Shown: positions 20,258 to 30,544 of the stretch, in pieces
Position numbering within the stretch: the stretch's first letter is position 1
Layout of the letters: each line of letters starts with the position of its first letter
Origin: Candidatus Krumholzibacteriia bacterium
GTDB taxonomy: Bacteria; Krumholzibacteriota; Krumholzibacteriia; Krumholzibacteriales; Krumholzibacteriaceae
Direction: 5' to 3'
DNA: 64,000 nucleotides
Assembly (NCBI GenBank): GCA_963836185.1
Contig: CAWIIQ010000001.1
Location: forward strand, 992,001 to 1,056,000
The notes under the pieces: model-generated
Told to the model about the DNA's origin: nothing
What the model saw: the letters and a program-made list of their open reading frames with translations, nothing else
Databases searched by the model: none
Translations under genes and position numbers: made by a program

Positions 20258-21217
20258 ATGATAAAGGTGCAGCTCAACAGGAAGGATCTTCTCGGCCTGG
20301 AATTCCTTTCCGCCCAGGAGATCAAGTTGATCCTCGACACGGCGGATAATTTCAAGGAAGTCCTTCAGAGGAAGATCAAGAAGGTTCCGGCGTTGCGGGG
20401 AGTCACGATCGCCAACGTATTCTACGAGCCTAGTACGAGAACCAAGATGAGTTTCGAACTCGCTGAAAAGAGACTCAGCGCTGATATAATCAATTTCGCG
20501 AAGGCGACATCGTCGGTGAAAAAAGGCGAGACTCTGAGGGATACACTCGAAAACATACAGGCAATGAAAGTCGATATAGTTGTAATGCGTCACGGATCCT
20601 CTGGCGCCCATAAATTCGCCTCGGAATTCCTTGATGCGTCGATAGTCAACGCAGGTGATGGAAGACATGCCCATCCGACACAGGCTCTTCTCGATATGCT
20701 CACGCTGCGGGAGAAGTGGGGAACGTTCACCGGCAAACGAGTGACGATAATCGGTGATATCATGCACAGCAGGGTCGCACGCTCGAATATATGGGGACTG
20801 ACGAAGATGGGTGCGAAGGTAACACTCTGCGGCCCACCCACGATGATGCCGATGGATATAGATAAGCTCGGTGAGGGTGGAGTGAAGGTGGAGTTTGACC
20901 TGACAAGAGCGATCGAGAACGCCGATGCGATCAATATTCTGAGGATCCAGCTCGAGAGACAGAAGGCAAAACTGTTCCCCAGCTCGAGAGAATATTTCGA
21001 GGTGTTCGGGATCAGCCCGGAGGCTCTCACTCGAGCGCCGAAAGGATGCATCGTCATGCATCCTGGTCCGATGAACAGGGGTGTAGAGATAGCACAGGAA
21101 GTCGCCGATGGACCGCAGGCAGTAATCCTGCCGCAGGTCGAGAACGGTGTCGCCGTCAGAATGGCGGTCCTCTTCCTCCTGGCTGGGGGGAAGTCCGAAG
21201 AAGAGATCCCGAGCTGA
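20258..21217 (+). CDS. pyrB: aspartate carbamoyltransferase catalytic subunit
   Basis: FYEPSTRT, HPTQALLD, GDIMHSRVARS, RIQLER, HPGPMNRG. Start could be 20231, 20258 or 20267. Confidence 0.95.
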   Translation: MIKVQLNRKDLLGLEFLSAQEIKLILDTADNFKEVLQRKIKKVPALRGVTIANVFYEPSTRTKMSFELAEKRLSADIINFAKATSSVKKGETLRDTLENIQAMKVDIVVMRHGSSGAHKFASEFLDASIVNAGDGRHAHPTQALLDMLTLREKWGTFTGKRVTIIGDIMHSRVARSNIWGLTKMGAKVTLCGPPTMMPMDIDKLGEGGVKVEFDLTRAIENADAINILRIQLERQKAKLFPSSREYFEVFGISPEALTRAPKGCIVMHPGPMNRGVEIAQEVADGPQAVILPQVENGVAVRMAVLFLLAGGKSEEEIPS

Positions 21218-21251
21218 AAGGGCCGTATTTTGAATCGAGCAAGGAGCTGAG

Positions 21252-22553
21252 ATGATAGATTGGAAAGACAAGAAAGAATTCTGGATCGCGGGGGCGAGGA
21301 TCGCGGATCCAGTCGCAGGAAGGATAAGGACCGGTTCAGTCCTGATTCGTAAAGGCTTGATAGAGGAAATCACCTGGCAGAAGAAGGTGAAGACCGACCT
21401 GCCGGTATTGGAGGCAGACGGGCTTCTGCTGGCCCCCGGGTTTATCGACATTCATACACATCTGAGGGAACCCGGCTTTGAGGACAAGGAGACTATCGAG
21501 ACAGGGACAGCTGCCGCTGCCGCTGGTGGATATACCGCTGTTGTGTGCATGGCCAATACAGATCCGGTTATCGACGACCCGAGTGTCGTCGAGTCTATTC
21601 TCAAACGGGCCGCTGATGTGGGCAATTGCCGTGTATACGTGAACGCCGCCGCCACAAAAGGACTCGAGGGTGTCGATATCTGCGAGTATCATCACCTCAA
21701 GGAAGCCGGTGCGGTCTCACTGAGCGACGATGGGAAATACATCACAAACAGCCAGGTCATGCGGTCGGCTCTCGAATATGCGGGGATGCTCGGGCTGGTG
21801 GTCATTTCACACGCTGAGGATCCTTATCTGACAAACGAGTCACAGATGAACGAGTCGTTCTGGTCGACCAAGCTGGGACTTAAAGGGGCTCATGCAGCGT
21901 CTGAGGAGATAGCAGTTGCCAGGGATATCAGACTGGCCGAGCTGACCGGTTCGATGCTTCATATAGCCCACGTCTCAACCGCCGGAGCAGTCGATCTGAT
22001 CAGAAAAGCGAAGAAGAAAGGTGTAGTGGTTACTGCTGAGGCGACTCCGCACCACCTCACTCTCGACGAGACGCTCCTCGAGAATTATGACAGGAACCTC
22101 AAGGTCAATCCGCCACTGAGGGGAAAGAAAGACATCGCAGCGCTGCGAGTCGCTCTTCGTGACGGGACGATCGACTGTATCGCCACAGATCATGCGCCGC
22201 ATACGGCCATCGACAAACAGGTCGAATTCAATTTTGCTCCGCCGGGGATGATCGGACTTGAAACATGCTTCGCCCAGCTCAACACAGAACTGGTGGCCAA
22301 GGGGGAACTGGAACTCATAGATCTGATACGGCTGCTCACGAGAGGTCCGGCAGATGTGCTCAGTTTGCCAGGCGGGAAGATGGCGCAGGGAGAGCCAGCA
22401 GATCTCGTCCTGATCGATCTGAACGAGCGGTGGACGCCTGAAAGGGAGAATCTGAAGTCAAAATCGTTCAATACACCACTTCTCGGCAAAGAGTTGACAG
22501 GCAGGGTGCAGGGAGTTTTCATTGAGGGAAAATGGCTTCCGTCTGTTATATAA
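21252..22553 (+). CDS. pyrC: dihydroorotase
   Basis: PGFIDIHTHLREPG, HAED, HIAHVST, KVNPPLR, ATDHAPH. Confidence 0.95.
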   Translation: MIDWKDKKEFWIAGARIADPVAGRIRTGSVLIRKGLIEEITWQKKVKTDLPVLEADGLLLAPGFIDIHTHLREPGFEDKETIETGTAAAAAGGYTAVVCMANTDPVIDDPSVVESILKRAADVGNCRVYVNAAATKGLEGVDICEYHHLKEAGAVSLSDDGKYITNSQVMRSALEYAGMLGLVVISHAEDPYLTNESQMNESFWSTKLGLKGAHAASEEIAVARDIRLAELTGSMLHIAHVSTAGAVDLIRKAKKKGVVVTAEATPHHLTLDETLLENYDRNLKVNPPLRGKKDIAALRVALRDGTIDCIATDHAPHTAIDKQVEFNFAPPGMIGLETCFAQLNTELVAKGELELIDLIRLLTRGPADVLSLPGGKMAQGEPADLVLIDLNERWTPERENLKSKSFNTPLLGKELTGRVQGVFIEGKWLPSVI

Positions 22554-22652
22554 TAGGAGTGAAAGGCGAAGCGGGAACCGGATGGAAAATCCATCCTGCT
22601 GGACCGTTTATACAGAAACGAATGGCATGCCCCTGAGTCAGGGAATCCGGAA

Positions 22653-24506
22653 GTGAAAAACAGACTGTTCGTCAAGACGATCACGATGTTCGCCGTGGTA
22701 CTGGTTGCCGCGGTGATGTTGGGGTCCTGTGCCTATTTCAACACCCTGTATAATGCACGAAAGATCTATGCTGAAGCCGAGGACATGAGAATAGAAAAGG
22801 GCACTGAGGTAGACAGAAATCTGAAGTCGAAGTATGACGAGGTTATCACCAAGTGCGGCAAGATCATCAGGGACTACCCGGACAGCAAGTGGGTCGATGA
22901 CGCGATTTTCCTGATGGGACAATCTCTCGTCAGACAAGGTGAATTCGACAAGGGAATCCGTAAGTTCCTCGAGCTTACGACCAACTATCCGGAGAGCGAG
23001 TATGTGCCCAATTCGCTTTACTGGCTCGCCAAGGCCAATTATGAAAAGGGCGATTTAAATCAGGCCCTTCTCTATACACAGCGCTTCCTGGAAGCATATC
23101 CTGACAATGATATGAAGTTCGATGTAGCATTTCTCGCGGGTGACATATACCTGGCGCTTGAGAATTATCAGGATGCTCTGATTTTTTACTCAAGGGTGGC
23201 AAATGAGTCTGGAAAGAGGGAGTACAAGGAAGAGGCCTCATTGCGCAGCGCCAATCTTTATTACCAGATGGAAGACTGGACCAACGCGGCCACCGGCTAC
23301 GAGAGCGTGCTCGGAAAAGGGATGGATTGGAAAACGAGGTACAATGTCTCTCTTTCTCTGGCAGACTGCTACACGAATATCGGCGAATGCGTCAAGGCAT
23401 TCGAATTGTATGACGGTCTTCTTAAAGAATTGACGACGACGAAAGAAACCCCGCCAGTCAAGCTGGGAGTGGCGGCAAGTTATGTCTGCATGGATTCTCT
23501 GCCGGCAGCGATCAAGGAATACAACGGTATTGCGACTTCATTTCCAAGATCGAACTATTCGGCAGAGGCCTATTTCCATCTCGGTGTGATCTATCACGAG
23601 AAGCTCGATTCTCTTCGGCTGGCACAGGAGGCGTATTCAAAGGTCAGTAACGAATCCGCAAGCTCTGAATATGCTGCTGTAGCGCTTCAGAGATCGAGCA
23701 GCCTGAACAGACTTCTTGAACTTCAGAACAGTTCTGGAGAAAACGAGGGTGAGGAAGCTATAGCTGAGAAGCGTTTCCTTGCCGCTGAGATCCAGCTGAC
23801 GAGATTGAATGAGACTGATCTCGCACTTGGCAATTATCATGCGGTAGTCGACAGCTTCCCGGAGACGAGCTACGCTCCTCTTGCGGCATATGCGATAGGA
23901 TGGATATACAGGGTGGACAAGGGGGATACTTCGCAGGCTGTCGAAGCATTTTCCCATCTCATCCGAAAGTATCCCGTATCACCGCAGGCCAGGGGAGCGC
24001 TATACGAGGTCCACCTGCTCGGAGAGGAAGAGTTGAGGAATCAGCTCGAGGCGTATCTCGATTCCGCCGTGGCCGACACAGCGAGGATTTCGGCGCGGAA
24101 AGATCAGTTAAGGGCGGAAGCCGCTGCTATGGCTGCTGCTTCACTGGATTCGAGTATTACATTGCCTGGTGACAGTGTTGGCGCCATGGCGGACAGTCTC
24201 GGAGTGCCAGGTGACAGTATTGGCGCTATGGCGGACAGTCTCGGTGCAGCAGCAGACAGCCTTGTCTCTGTACCGTCAGCTAATGATTCTACAAAGGCGG
24301 ATTCCACAGGAGTCGGAAGGTCATCTGCTGTTGATACTGCCCGTGCCCCATCGAGAGAAGAGATCAAGAAGGATACTACATACCCGCTGGATGGAGCAGC
24401 GGACACAACCGGGACGAGGAATCCGCCGCGACCATCCGGAGAGACTCGCGGGCAACCGGCGGACAATTCACCTTCTGGAAGATCCGGAAGAAGGGAGAAT
24501 CGGTGA
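22653..24506 (+). CDS. TPR repeat lipoprotein with low-complexity C-terminal tail
   Basis: Lipobox LGSC-AYFNTLYNA, many TPRs (YP.S.W/Y...A), A/D/S-rich tail. Confidence 0.8.
   Translation: MKNRLFVKTITMFAVVLVAAVMLGSCAYFNTLYNARKIYAEAEDMRIEKGTEVDRNLKSKYDEVITKCGKIIRDYPDSKWVDDAIFLMGQSLVRQGEFDKGIRKFLELTTNYPESEYVPNSLYWLAKANYEKGDLNQALLYTQRFLEAYPDNDMKFDVAFLAGDIYLALENYQDALIFYSRVANESGKREYKEEASLRSANLYYQMEDWTNAATGYESVLGKGMDWKTRYNVSLSLADCYTNIGECVKAFELYDGLLKELTTTKETPPVKLGVAASYVCMDSLPAAIKEYNGIATSFPRSNYSAEAYFHLGVIYHEKLDSLRLAQEAYSKVSNESASSEYAAVALQRSSSLNRLLELQNSSGENEGEEAIAEKRFLAAEIQLTRLNETDLALGNYHAVVDSFPETSYAPLAAYAIGWIYRVDKGDTSQAVEAFSHLIRKYPVSPQARGALYEVHLLGEEELRNQLEAYLDSAVADTARISARKDQLRAEAAAMAAASLDSSITLPGDSVGAMADSLGVPGDSIGAMADSLGAAADSLVSVPSANDSTKADSTGVGRSSAVDTARAPSREEIKKDTTYPLDGAADTTGTRNPPRPSGETRGQPADNSPSGRSGRRENR
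24165..24248 (+). repeat. 42-bp intragenic tandem repeat (2 copies)
   Basis: Encodes PGDSVGAMADSLGV and PGDSIGAMADSLGA. Confidence 0.85.
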
Positions 24507-25306
24507 AAGGCCTGTTTACAAGCAGGACGATCAGAACGGAAAGACTTTCCCCATCGAGCTATCTCGTTGTATTCGAAAGACCGCGCGGTTTTCCCGATGC
24601 GGAGCCGGGGCAGTTCGTATCATTGAGGGTCACACCAACGATAACGCCTCTTCTTAGACGGCCATTCAGCATCATGGATCTGACAGCGACAGAGCTGCAT
24701 CTCCTCGTGAAGGTCGTCGGAAAGGGATCCGAGATACTGGCGCACGCACCGTGCGGCACCGAGATGGATATCGCGGGCCCTCTGGGAGGCGCTGGTTTTC
24801 CATCACCGGAGAACAAGGACGCCGTCTTTGTTGCGGGCGGGACCGGACTTGCTCCCATGATATTCGCAGCCAGGACGTGGAAGCGGGAGGGGGTGCTGGG
24901 CCGGGCGGACCTGGTCTACGGAGCTGGTTGTGAGGAAGAGCTGCTCGTCTCTGTCTGCGAGGAGGATTTCACTGCCGTGCACGCCGCGACCATCGACGGG
25001 TCATGCGGATTCGAGGGTGACGCTGTCGCTCTGCTCGAAAGACTTGTAGATGACGGCGAAGCTGGCGGCGGGTTCCTTTACTCCTGCGGTCCTGAGGGAA
25101 TGGTGCGGGCCATGGAAAGAAAAGCTTCATCTGGTTTTGAAAGACATTATACATCGCTGGAATCGGTTATGGCCTGCGGAGTGGGAGCGTGCCGTGGATG
25201 CACGGTTCCCGTCAAAACGGAAGATGGCTCGGTGCTTCGGGCCATATGCAGTGACGGAACTGTTTTCGATGCATCGGAGATAGACTGGGAAAGGTGGGAA
25301 GAATGA
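24503..25306 (+). CDS. pyrK: dihydroorotate dehydrogenase electron transfer subunit
   Basis: PGQF, LRRPFS, GGTGLAP, CGPEGM, MACGVGACRGC...C.DG 2Fe-2S motif. Confidence 0.92.
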   Translation: MKGLFTSRTIRTERLSPSSYLVVFERPRGFPDAEPGQFVSLRVTPTITPLLRRPFSIMDLTATELHLLVKVVGKGSEILAHAPCGTEMDIAGPLGGAGFPSPENKDAVFVAGGTGLAPMIFAARTWKREGVLGRADLVYGAGCEEELLVSVCEEDFTAVHAATIDGSCGFEGDAVALLERLVDDGEAGGGFLYSCGPEGMVRAMERKASSGFERHYTSLESVMACGVGACRGCTVPVKTEDGSVLRAICSDGTVFDASEIDWERWEE

Positions 25307-26193
25307 ACCGGCATCCGCTTGAGACGAAGATAGGCGCGGTGACCCTGCGTAATCCGGTTCTTCTCGCTTCAGGCCCGGCAGGATATGGACTTGAATATGA
25401 AGGAATGATCGACCTTGTGCGCATCGGTGGTGTAGTCACCAAGACGATCTCATTTGAGCCGAGAGAGGGCAATCCCGGTACACGGCTCCACGAGACAGGC
25501 GGCGGTCTGCTGAACAGTATCGGGTTGGAAAATGTCGGGGCCGAGGTCTTTTTCTCGGTAAAGATGCCCTCACTGGCCAAGGCCGGGATAAAACCTGTTG
25601 TGAGCCTCGCGGCGGAGGACTGGGACGGGTACAGGAAACTTCTGGACGCGACTGCCGATGCCGATGGTGTCGATATAGTAGAACTGAACCTGTCCTGCCC
25701 AAACGTGGAACGTGGCGGGATGGCGGTGGGAACGAATCCTGAACTTCTGGCAAAATACGTAAGGCACGCCAAGGATATACTCCCTCGAATGACCGTATTG
25801 GCAAAATTGTCTCCCAATGTCAGCGACATTACCGCCCTGGCCCTCGTTGCGGAGGAGGCGGGCGCTGACGGGATAACCGCGATAAATACCCTGGTCGGGA
25901 TGGATCTGGACATGGCAGCCGGCCGCCCGGTTTTCAAGCGTGTAAGGGCCGGGCTCTCCGGACCGGCGGTCATGCCGATCGCCCTGGATGCGGTATGGAG
26001 GATATCGAGGACAGTCGATATTCCTGTTGTCGGGGTCGGTGGAATAACGAGCGTCGAGGACGCGATGAAATTCTTCATGGCCGGCGCCGTCGCGATCCAG
26101 CTCGGTACGGCGGTATTTTATGATCCCGCACTGCCGGAAAAGATAGTCGAAGCGCTGGAGGAGACAGGGATACCCGCTGCGCTTGACGATTGA
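25303..26193 (+). CDS. pyrD: dihydroorotate dehydrogenase (type 1B)
   Basis: NPVLLASG, NSIGLEN, ELNLSCPN, KLSPNV, GLSGPA. Confidence 0.93.
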   Translation: MNRHPLETKIGAVTLRNPVLLASGPAGYGLEYEGMIDLVRIGGVVTKTISFEPREGNPGTRLHETGGGLLNSIGLENVGAEVFFSVKMPSLAKAGIKPVVSLAAEDWDGYRKLLDATADADGVDIVELNLSCPNVERGGMAVGTNPELLAKYVRHAKDILPRMTVLAKLSPNVSDITALALVAEEAGADGITAINTLVGMDLDMAAGRPVFKRVRAGLSGPAVMPIALDAVWRISRTVDIPVVGVGGITSVEDAMKFFMAGAVAIQLGTAVFYDPALPEKIVEALEETGIPAALDD

Positions 26194-26218
26194 CAGAAAA
26201 CTGATAATCTCATCTATT
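26190..26218 (+). promoter_or_regulatory. possible internal promoter for pyrF
   Basis: TTGACA-N17-TCTATT in an AT-rich gap. Confidence 0.4.
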
Positions 26219-26272
26219 GATATATGCGGCTCGGATAACAGTATGAAATAGTGAAGCTATGAAAGGAACCTG

Positions 26273-27007
26273 ATGACACCTTCAAAGAGAACACCCCGGA
26301 TCATCGCCGCTCTGGACGTTGAAAAGAGGATCGACGCGATCTCCCTCGTTGCCGACCTGAGAGGCAAGATCAATCTCTTCAAGGTCGGGAGCCGTCTGTT
26401 TACAGCTGAGGGCCCGGGAATGATCGCCGAGATCAACGATGCCGGTGGATCGGTCTTTCTCGATCTGAAGTTCCATGATATCCCGGCCACTGTGGCCGGG
26501 GCGGTCCGCGCAGCCTGCGGCCTCCATGTCTTCCTGATGACGATACATACGGCAGGCGGCTATGACATGATGAAGGCAGCCGCGGATGAGGCTGCCGCTG
26601 TTGCCGCTAAAAGCGGTATTACACGGCCCAAGCTTGTAGGAGTCACGGTGCTGACGAGTATGTCTTCCGAGGATCTCGCCGAAGCATCGGGATACGGAGG
26701 GAGTGTCGAGGATCTCGTCCTGAAGAGGGCCGAACTGGCGAAGAAGTCAGGTCTCGACGGTATAGTCGCTTCGGTTAAAGAAGCGGGTAGGATACGTGAG
26801 GCCATGGGAGATGGTTTCGTCATCGTGACACCGGGCATCAGGCCGGCAGGCGCCGCAGCAGGTGATCAGAAACGCGTTGCGACTCCTCGTGACGCGATCG
26901 ATGCCGGATCTGACTACCTCGTGATAGGACGTCCGATATACCATGCTGAGTCGCCGGCAGCTGCCGCAGACGCTATACTCGAAGAGATGGGAGAGAGCGG
27001 CAAGTGA
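26273..27007 (+). CDS. pyrF: orotidine-5'-phosphate decarboxylase
   Basis: ALD, FLDLKFHDIPATV, VTVLTS, VTPGIRP, DQKR, GRPI. Confidence 0.95.
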   Translation: MTPSKRTPRIIAALDVEKRIDAISLVADLRGKINLFKVGSRLFTAEGPGMIAEINDAGGSVFLDLKFHDIPATVAGAVRAACGLHVFLMTIHTAGGYDMMKAAADEAAAVAAKSGITRPKLVGVTVLTSMSSEDLAEASGYGGSVEDLVLKRAELAKKSGLDGIVASVKEAGRIREAMGDGFVIVTPGIRPAGAAAGDQKRVATPRDAIDAGSDYLVIGRPIYHAESPAAAADAILEEMGESGK

Positions 27008-28326
27008 ATCCCATGTGGAAGGCCGTCGCGATCTTTGCCGCGGTCTACATCGGGCTGATTGTCTTCAAGCGCGACCGCTGGCTGACGGCATGGATCGGGG
27101 TCGTTGCCGCCATGATCTTCGGATTGGTGGGGCCGGTCGAACTCCTGCGGCAGGCCATCAGGTGGAATTTCATCGGGATATTTTTCGGATCGGTGATCCT
27201 CGCTGAGCTCTTCGTCTATTCCCGGATGCCGGAGACGATCGCCGACAGACTGATAAACAGGTCAAAGAATCTCTCCGTAGCGCTGATGCTCGTGATCTGT
27301 TTTGCCTCGTTTATCTCAATATTCATCGATAACGTCGTTACCGTCCTGATCGTAGCCCCGATCGCGCTTCAGTTGACGCGTAAGGCGGGTGTTTCGCCTA
27401 TTCCGGTAATCATCGGCCTTGCAGTCGCGTCTAACCTTCAGGGGATGGCCATTCTTATTGGCGATATCCCGAGCATGCTCCTCGCTGCGCAGGAAACGAT
27501 GACCTTCCTCGATTTCTTCTGGGATGATGGAAGACTCGGAATATTCTGGTTCGTTCAGCTGGGCGCTGTGGTCGGATCAACCGTGCTATGGTTGTATATC
27601 AAAGAATACAGGCAGAAACCTGAGAAGATCGCGGTCGCGGCCATTCATTCGTGGGTTCCTTTCTGGCTGATAATCCTGATGGTAGTCCTTCTCTCGCTCT
27701 CGCCGATGATCGATCCCGACATGGAATGGCTGGCCGGAGTCATCTGCCTGACGACGGCGCTGGCTGGAGTCATATGGTATTGGATCAGATTCAGCAAGGG
27801 CGGCAAGCGGCATAAGTGGAATTTTCACTGGCGCACGACTCTGTTCCTGATGGCGATATTTGCCCTGGTCTACATGCTGACAAAGATCTATACGGATCCT
27901 GACGGCCGGGAAGTCAGTGTGATCAACGAGATCGTAGCCCATCTCGACGGTCTCAGGGGCGAAAATCCGTTTATCGTTCTTTCGATCGTGGTCTGGATAT
28001 CGGTCATGGTATCGGCGTTTATAGACAATGTACCTTATATAGCCGCCATGCTGCCCCTCGTTGCCGCCTTCGGGGACTCCTTCTGTCCCGGAGGCAGGGC
28101 GCTTCTTGTCCTAGGCCTTCTGATAGGCTCATGTATGGGCGGCAACGTCACGCCCATCGGGGCGGCGGCCAATGTGACAGCGATGGGTATCCTCGAGAAA
28201 GAGGGGAAGCCGGTATCGTTCTGGGGCTTTATGAGGATCGGCCTGCCATTTACGATAGCGGCTACAGCATCAGCTTATCTAGCCCTTTACCTCGTATATA
28301 GATACATTCATCACGTCATTTTCTAG
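27004..28326 (+). CDS. ArsB/NhaD (SLC13-like) anion permease
   Basis: Multi-TM, two FIDNV motifs, LIGDIP, GGNVTPIGAAAN. Confidence 0.8.
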   Translation: MNPMWKAVAIFAAVYIGLIVFKRDRWLTAWIGVVAAMIFGLVGPVELLRQAIRWNFIGIFFGSVILAELFVYSRMPETIADRLINRSKNLSVALMLVICFASFISIFIDNVVTVLIVAPIALQLTRKAGVSPIPVIIGLAVASNLQGMAILIGDIPSMLLAAQETMTFLDFFWDDGRLGIFWFVQLGAVVGSTVLWLYIKEYRQKPEKIAVAAIHSWVPFWLIILMVVLLSLSPMIDPDMEWLAGVICLTTALAGVIWYWIRFSKGGKRHKWNFHWRTTLFLMAIFALVYMLTKIYTDPDGREVSVINEIVAHLDGLRGENPFIVLSIVVWISVMVSAFIDNVPYIAAMLPLVAAFGDSFCPGGRALLVLGLLIGSCMGGNVTPIGAAANVTAMGILEKEGKPVSFWGFMRIGLPFTIAATASAYLALYLVYRYIHHVIF

Positions 28327-28389
28327 ATTCCGGCCCCGCGATTACGTGTCAGACAGTTCCAGAAGCTGTTTGTCGAGTGCCCTTTCGGT

Positions 28390-28418
28390 TTGCGATGAGG
28401 GCCGACGTCTGATATAAT
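28390..28418 (+). promoter_or_regulatory. sigma70-type promoter of the polysaccharide cluster
   Basis: TTGCGA-N17-TATAAT with extended TG. Confidence 0.6.
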
Positions 28419-28485
28419 TGAACTTCTATATGGTAATTACGTTCTCCTCATGCGTCCACGCGGAGGCGCAGGAAAGGGCAGCCAG

Positions 28486-29448
28486 ATGCGAGTACTTATA
28501 ACGGGGATAACGGGTTTCGCGGGAAGTCATCTCGCTGACCTGTGTCTTACGATGAAGGATGTCGAAGTCTACGGGATCATCCGCTGGAGGAGCCGGACGG
28601 AAAACATCGAACATATCTGGGACAGGCTCAACCTGCTCGAGTGTGATCTGAGGGACGCTTCGTCCACTCGTGATGTGATCGAGGAGATACGTCCTGACAG
28701 GATATTCCACCTGGCGGCGCAGAGCTTCGTGCCGACCTCGTGGAAGGCGCCGACAGAATCACTCACTACGAATGTCATCGGCCAGGTCAACGTCTTCGAA
28801 GCTGTCCGCAAACTCGACATCGACTGCTCGCTCCAGATAGCCTGCTCAAGCGAGGAATACGGGATGGTATATCCAGACGAAACGCCTATCAAGGAATCGA
28901 ATCCGCTCAGGCCCCTGAGCCCGTATGGCGTCAGCAAGGTGGGGCAGGACATGCTCGGCTACCAGTACTTCATGAGTTACGGGATGAAGATCGTCCGCAC
29001 TCGTGGATTCAACCATACGGGGCCGAGGCGCGGACCGGTATTTGTCTGCAGTGATTTTGCCAAGCAGATAGTCGATATCGAGAAGGGTCTCCGCGAACCT
29101 TACATGGAAGTGGGGAACCTCGACGCGCGAAGGGACTTCACGGATGTCAGGGACATGGTCCGTGCCTACTGGCTCGCCCTGGAAAAAGGGAAGCCGGGCA
29201 CAGCATACAATATCTGCACCGGCACGCGGTTCAGCATAAAGGAGATCCTGGACATGCTGATAGATATCAGCGGGGTCAAGGTAGAGGTGAGGACGGACAA
29301 GGGAAGGCTGAGACCGAGTGACGTGCCACTGCTTCAGGGCGACAACAGCCTGTTCACTGGTGATACAGGCTGGAAGCCCGAGATCCCGATGGAAAAGACA
29401 ATGGCCGATCTTCTCGAATTCTGGAGGACCTGCCCGAGCCGGCGCTGA
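28486..29448 (+). CDS. GDP-mannose 4,6-dehydratase / GDP-4-keto-6-deoxymannose reductase family SDR
   Basis: GITGFAG, HLAAQS, SSEEYG, YGVSK, FNHTGP, RDFTDVRD. Confidence 0.85.
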   Translation: MRVLITGITGFAGSHLADLCLTMKDVEVYGIIRWRSRTENIEHIWDRLNLLECDLRDASSTRDVIEEIRPDRIFHLAAQSFVPTSWKAPTESLTTNVIGQVNVFEAVRKLDIDCSLQIACSSEEYGMVYPDETPIKESNPLRPLSPYGVSKVGQDMLGYQYFMSYGMKIVRTRGFNHTGPRRGPVFVCSDFAKQIVDIEKGLREPYMEVGNLDARRDFTDVRDMVRAYWLALEKGKPGTAYNICTGTRFSIKEILDMLIDISGVKVEVRTDKGRLRPSDVPLLQGDNSLFTGDTGWKPEIPMEKTMADLLEFWRTCPSRR

Positions 29449-29470
29449 TAGCCGGACGAAACGACGGATT

Positions 29471-30529
29471 ATGAAAGCGCTAGTTACAGGTGCATCTGGA
29501 TTTGTAGGAGGCTATCTGGTCTCACGGCTCGTCGCGGGCGGGGCAGAGGTCCTCGGCCTGGATGCGGCCGCTGCGAAACCTGGGAAAACGCCGGATTCCG
29601 GCGGCGGGACAGGTTCGGGCTCATTCGAGATCGATGGGAGGATGCTGCCGCCTGAATTTCCCGGGAAAGGGGCCGAGATAAGGAGGTGCGACCTGCTCGA
29701 CGCTGAATCTGTCGAACAGGCTGTTTCCGACTGGTCCCCTGATGTGATCTTTCATCTCGCGGCGCAGAGTTCAGCCGCCAGGTCCTTCCAGGACCCGGCG
29801 GGAACTATGCGTACGAATGTCATGGGAACGCTCAATCTGCTCGAAGCGGTCCGCAGGAACCAGAAAGCGAGAATCGTTTTAACGGGCTCTGCCGAGGAGT
29901 ACGGAAAGCGTGACTCCTGCGAGATGCCGCTTCTGGAGAATTCTCTGCTGGAGCCGGTCAGTCCGTACGCCGCAAGCAAGGCTGCTCAGAATATACTCGC
30001 CATGCAGTATCATCGCGCCTTCGGTATCGAGGTTGTCGCGACGAGAAGTTTCAGCCATACGGGACCGGGCCAGACCACGGTCTTTGTGCTTCCGTCATTC
30101 GCCAGGCAGTGCGCTGAAATTAAGACCGGCCTGAGGGAACCTGTACTTCGCACCGGCAATCTCGAGGTGGCGCGTGACTTTCTTGATGTAAGGGATGTTG
30201 TGGAAGCATACCTGCTGCTGGCCGAGAAGGGGACGCCTGGCGCGACGTATAATGTCTGTTCAGGGAGCGCTCTGGCGTTGACTGACGCGGTGGAGCAGTT
30301 GACCGCGATGACCGGAGTCAAAGTCTCGGTGGAGCCGGATCCGGAGCGTTTCAGGCCGGCTGATGTCCCTGTCCTGACAGGAGACAATGGAAGACTTATA
30401 GAAGATTGCGGCTGGTCCGCCGCCATCGGAAGGGGTAAGATGCTCAGCGACCTCTTCGCGTGGTGGGAGGCCTCCGTAAGGGTTGCGAATAACCAGATAA
30501 CACATCGTCCGCAAAGTACGGACTGCTGA
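29471..30529 (+). CDS. second GDP-sugar dehydratase/reductase (Rmd-like) SDR
   Basis: GASGFVG, HLAAQS, SAEEYG, YAASK, FSHTGPGQ, RDFLDVRD. ATG at 29471. Confidence 0.85.
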   Translation: MKALVTGASGFVGGYLVSRLVAGGAEVLGLDAAAAKPGKTPDSGGGTGSGSFEIDGRMLPPEFPGKGAEIRRCDLLDAESVEQAVSDWSPDVIFHLAAQSSAARSFQDPAGTMRTNVMGTLNLLEAVRRNQKARIVLTGSAEEYGKRDSCEMPLLENSLLEPVSPYAASKAAQNILAMQYHRAFGIEVVATRSFSHTGPGQTTVFVLPSFARQCAEIKTGLREPVLRTGNLEVARDFLDVRDVVEAYLLLAEKGTPGATYNVCSGSALALTDAVEQLTAMTGVKVSVEPDPERFRPADVPVLTGDNGRLIEDCGWSAAIGRGKMLSDLFAWWEASVRVANNQITHRPQSTDC

Positions 30530-30544
30530 AACAAGGAGTGATCG

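Noticed and set aside
20246-21451. 401-aa minus-strand ORF
   Set aside because: Antisense to pyrB/pyrC, with no recognisable features.
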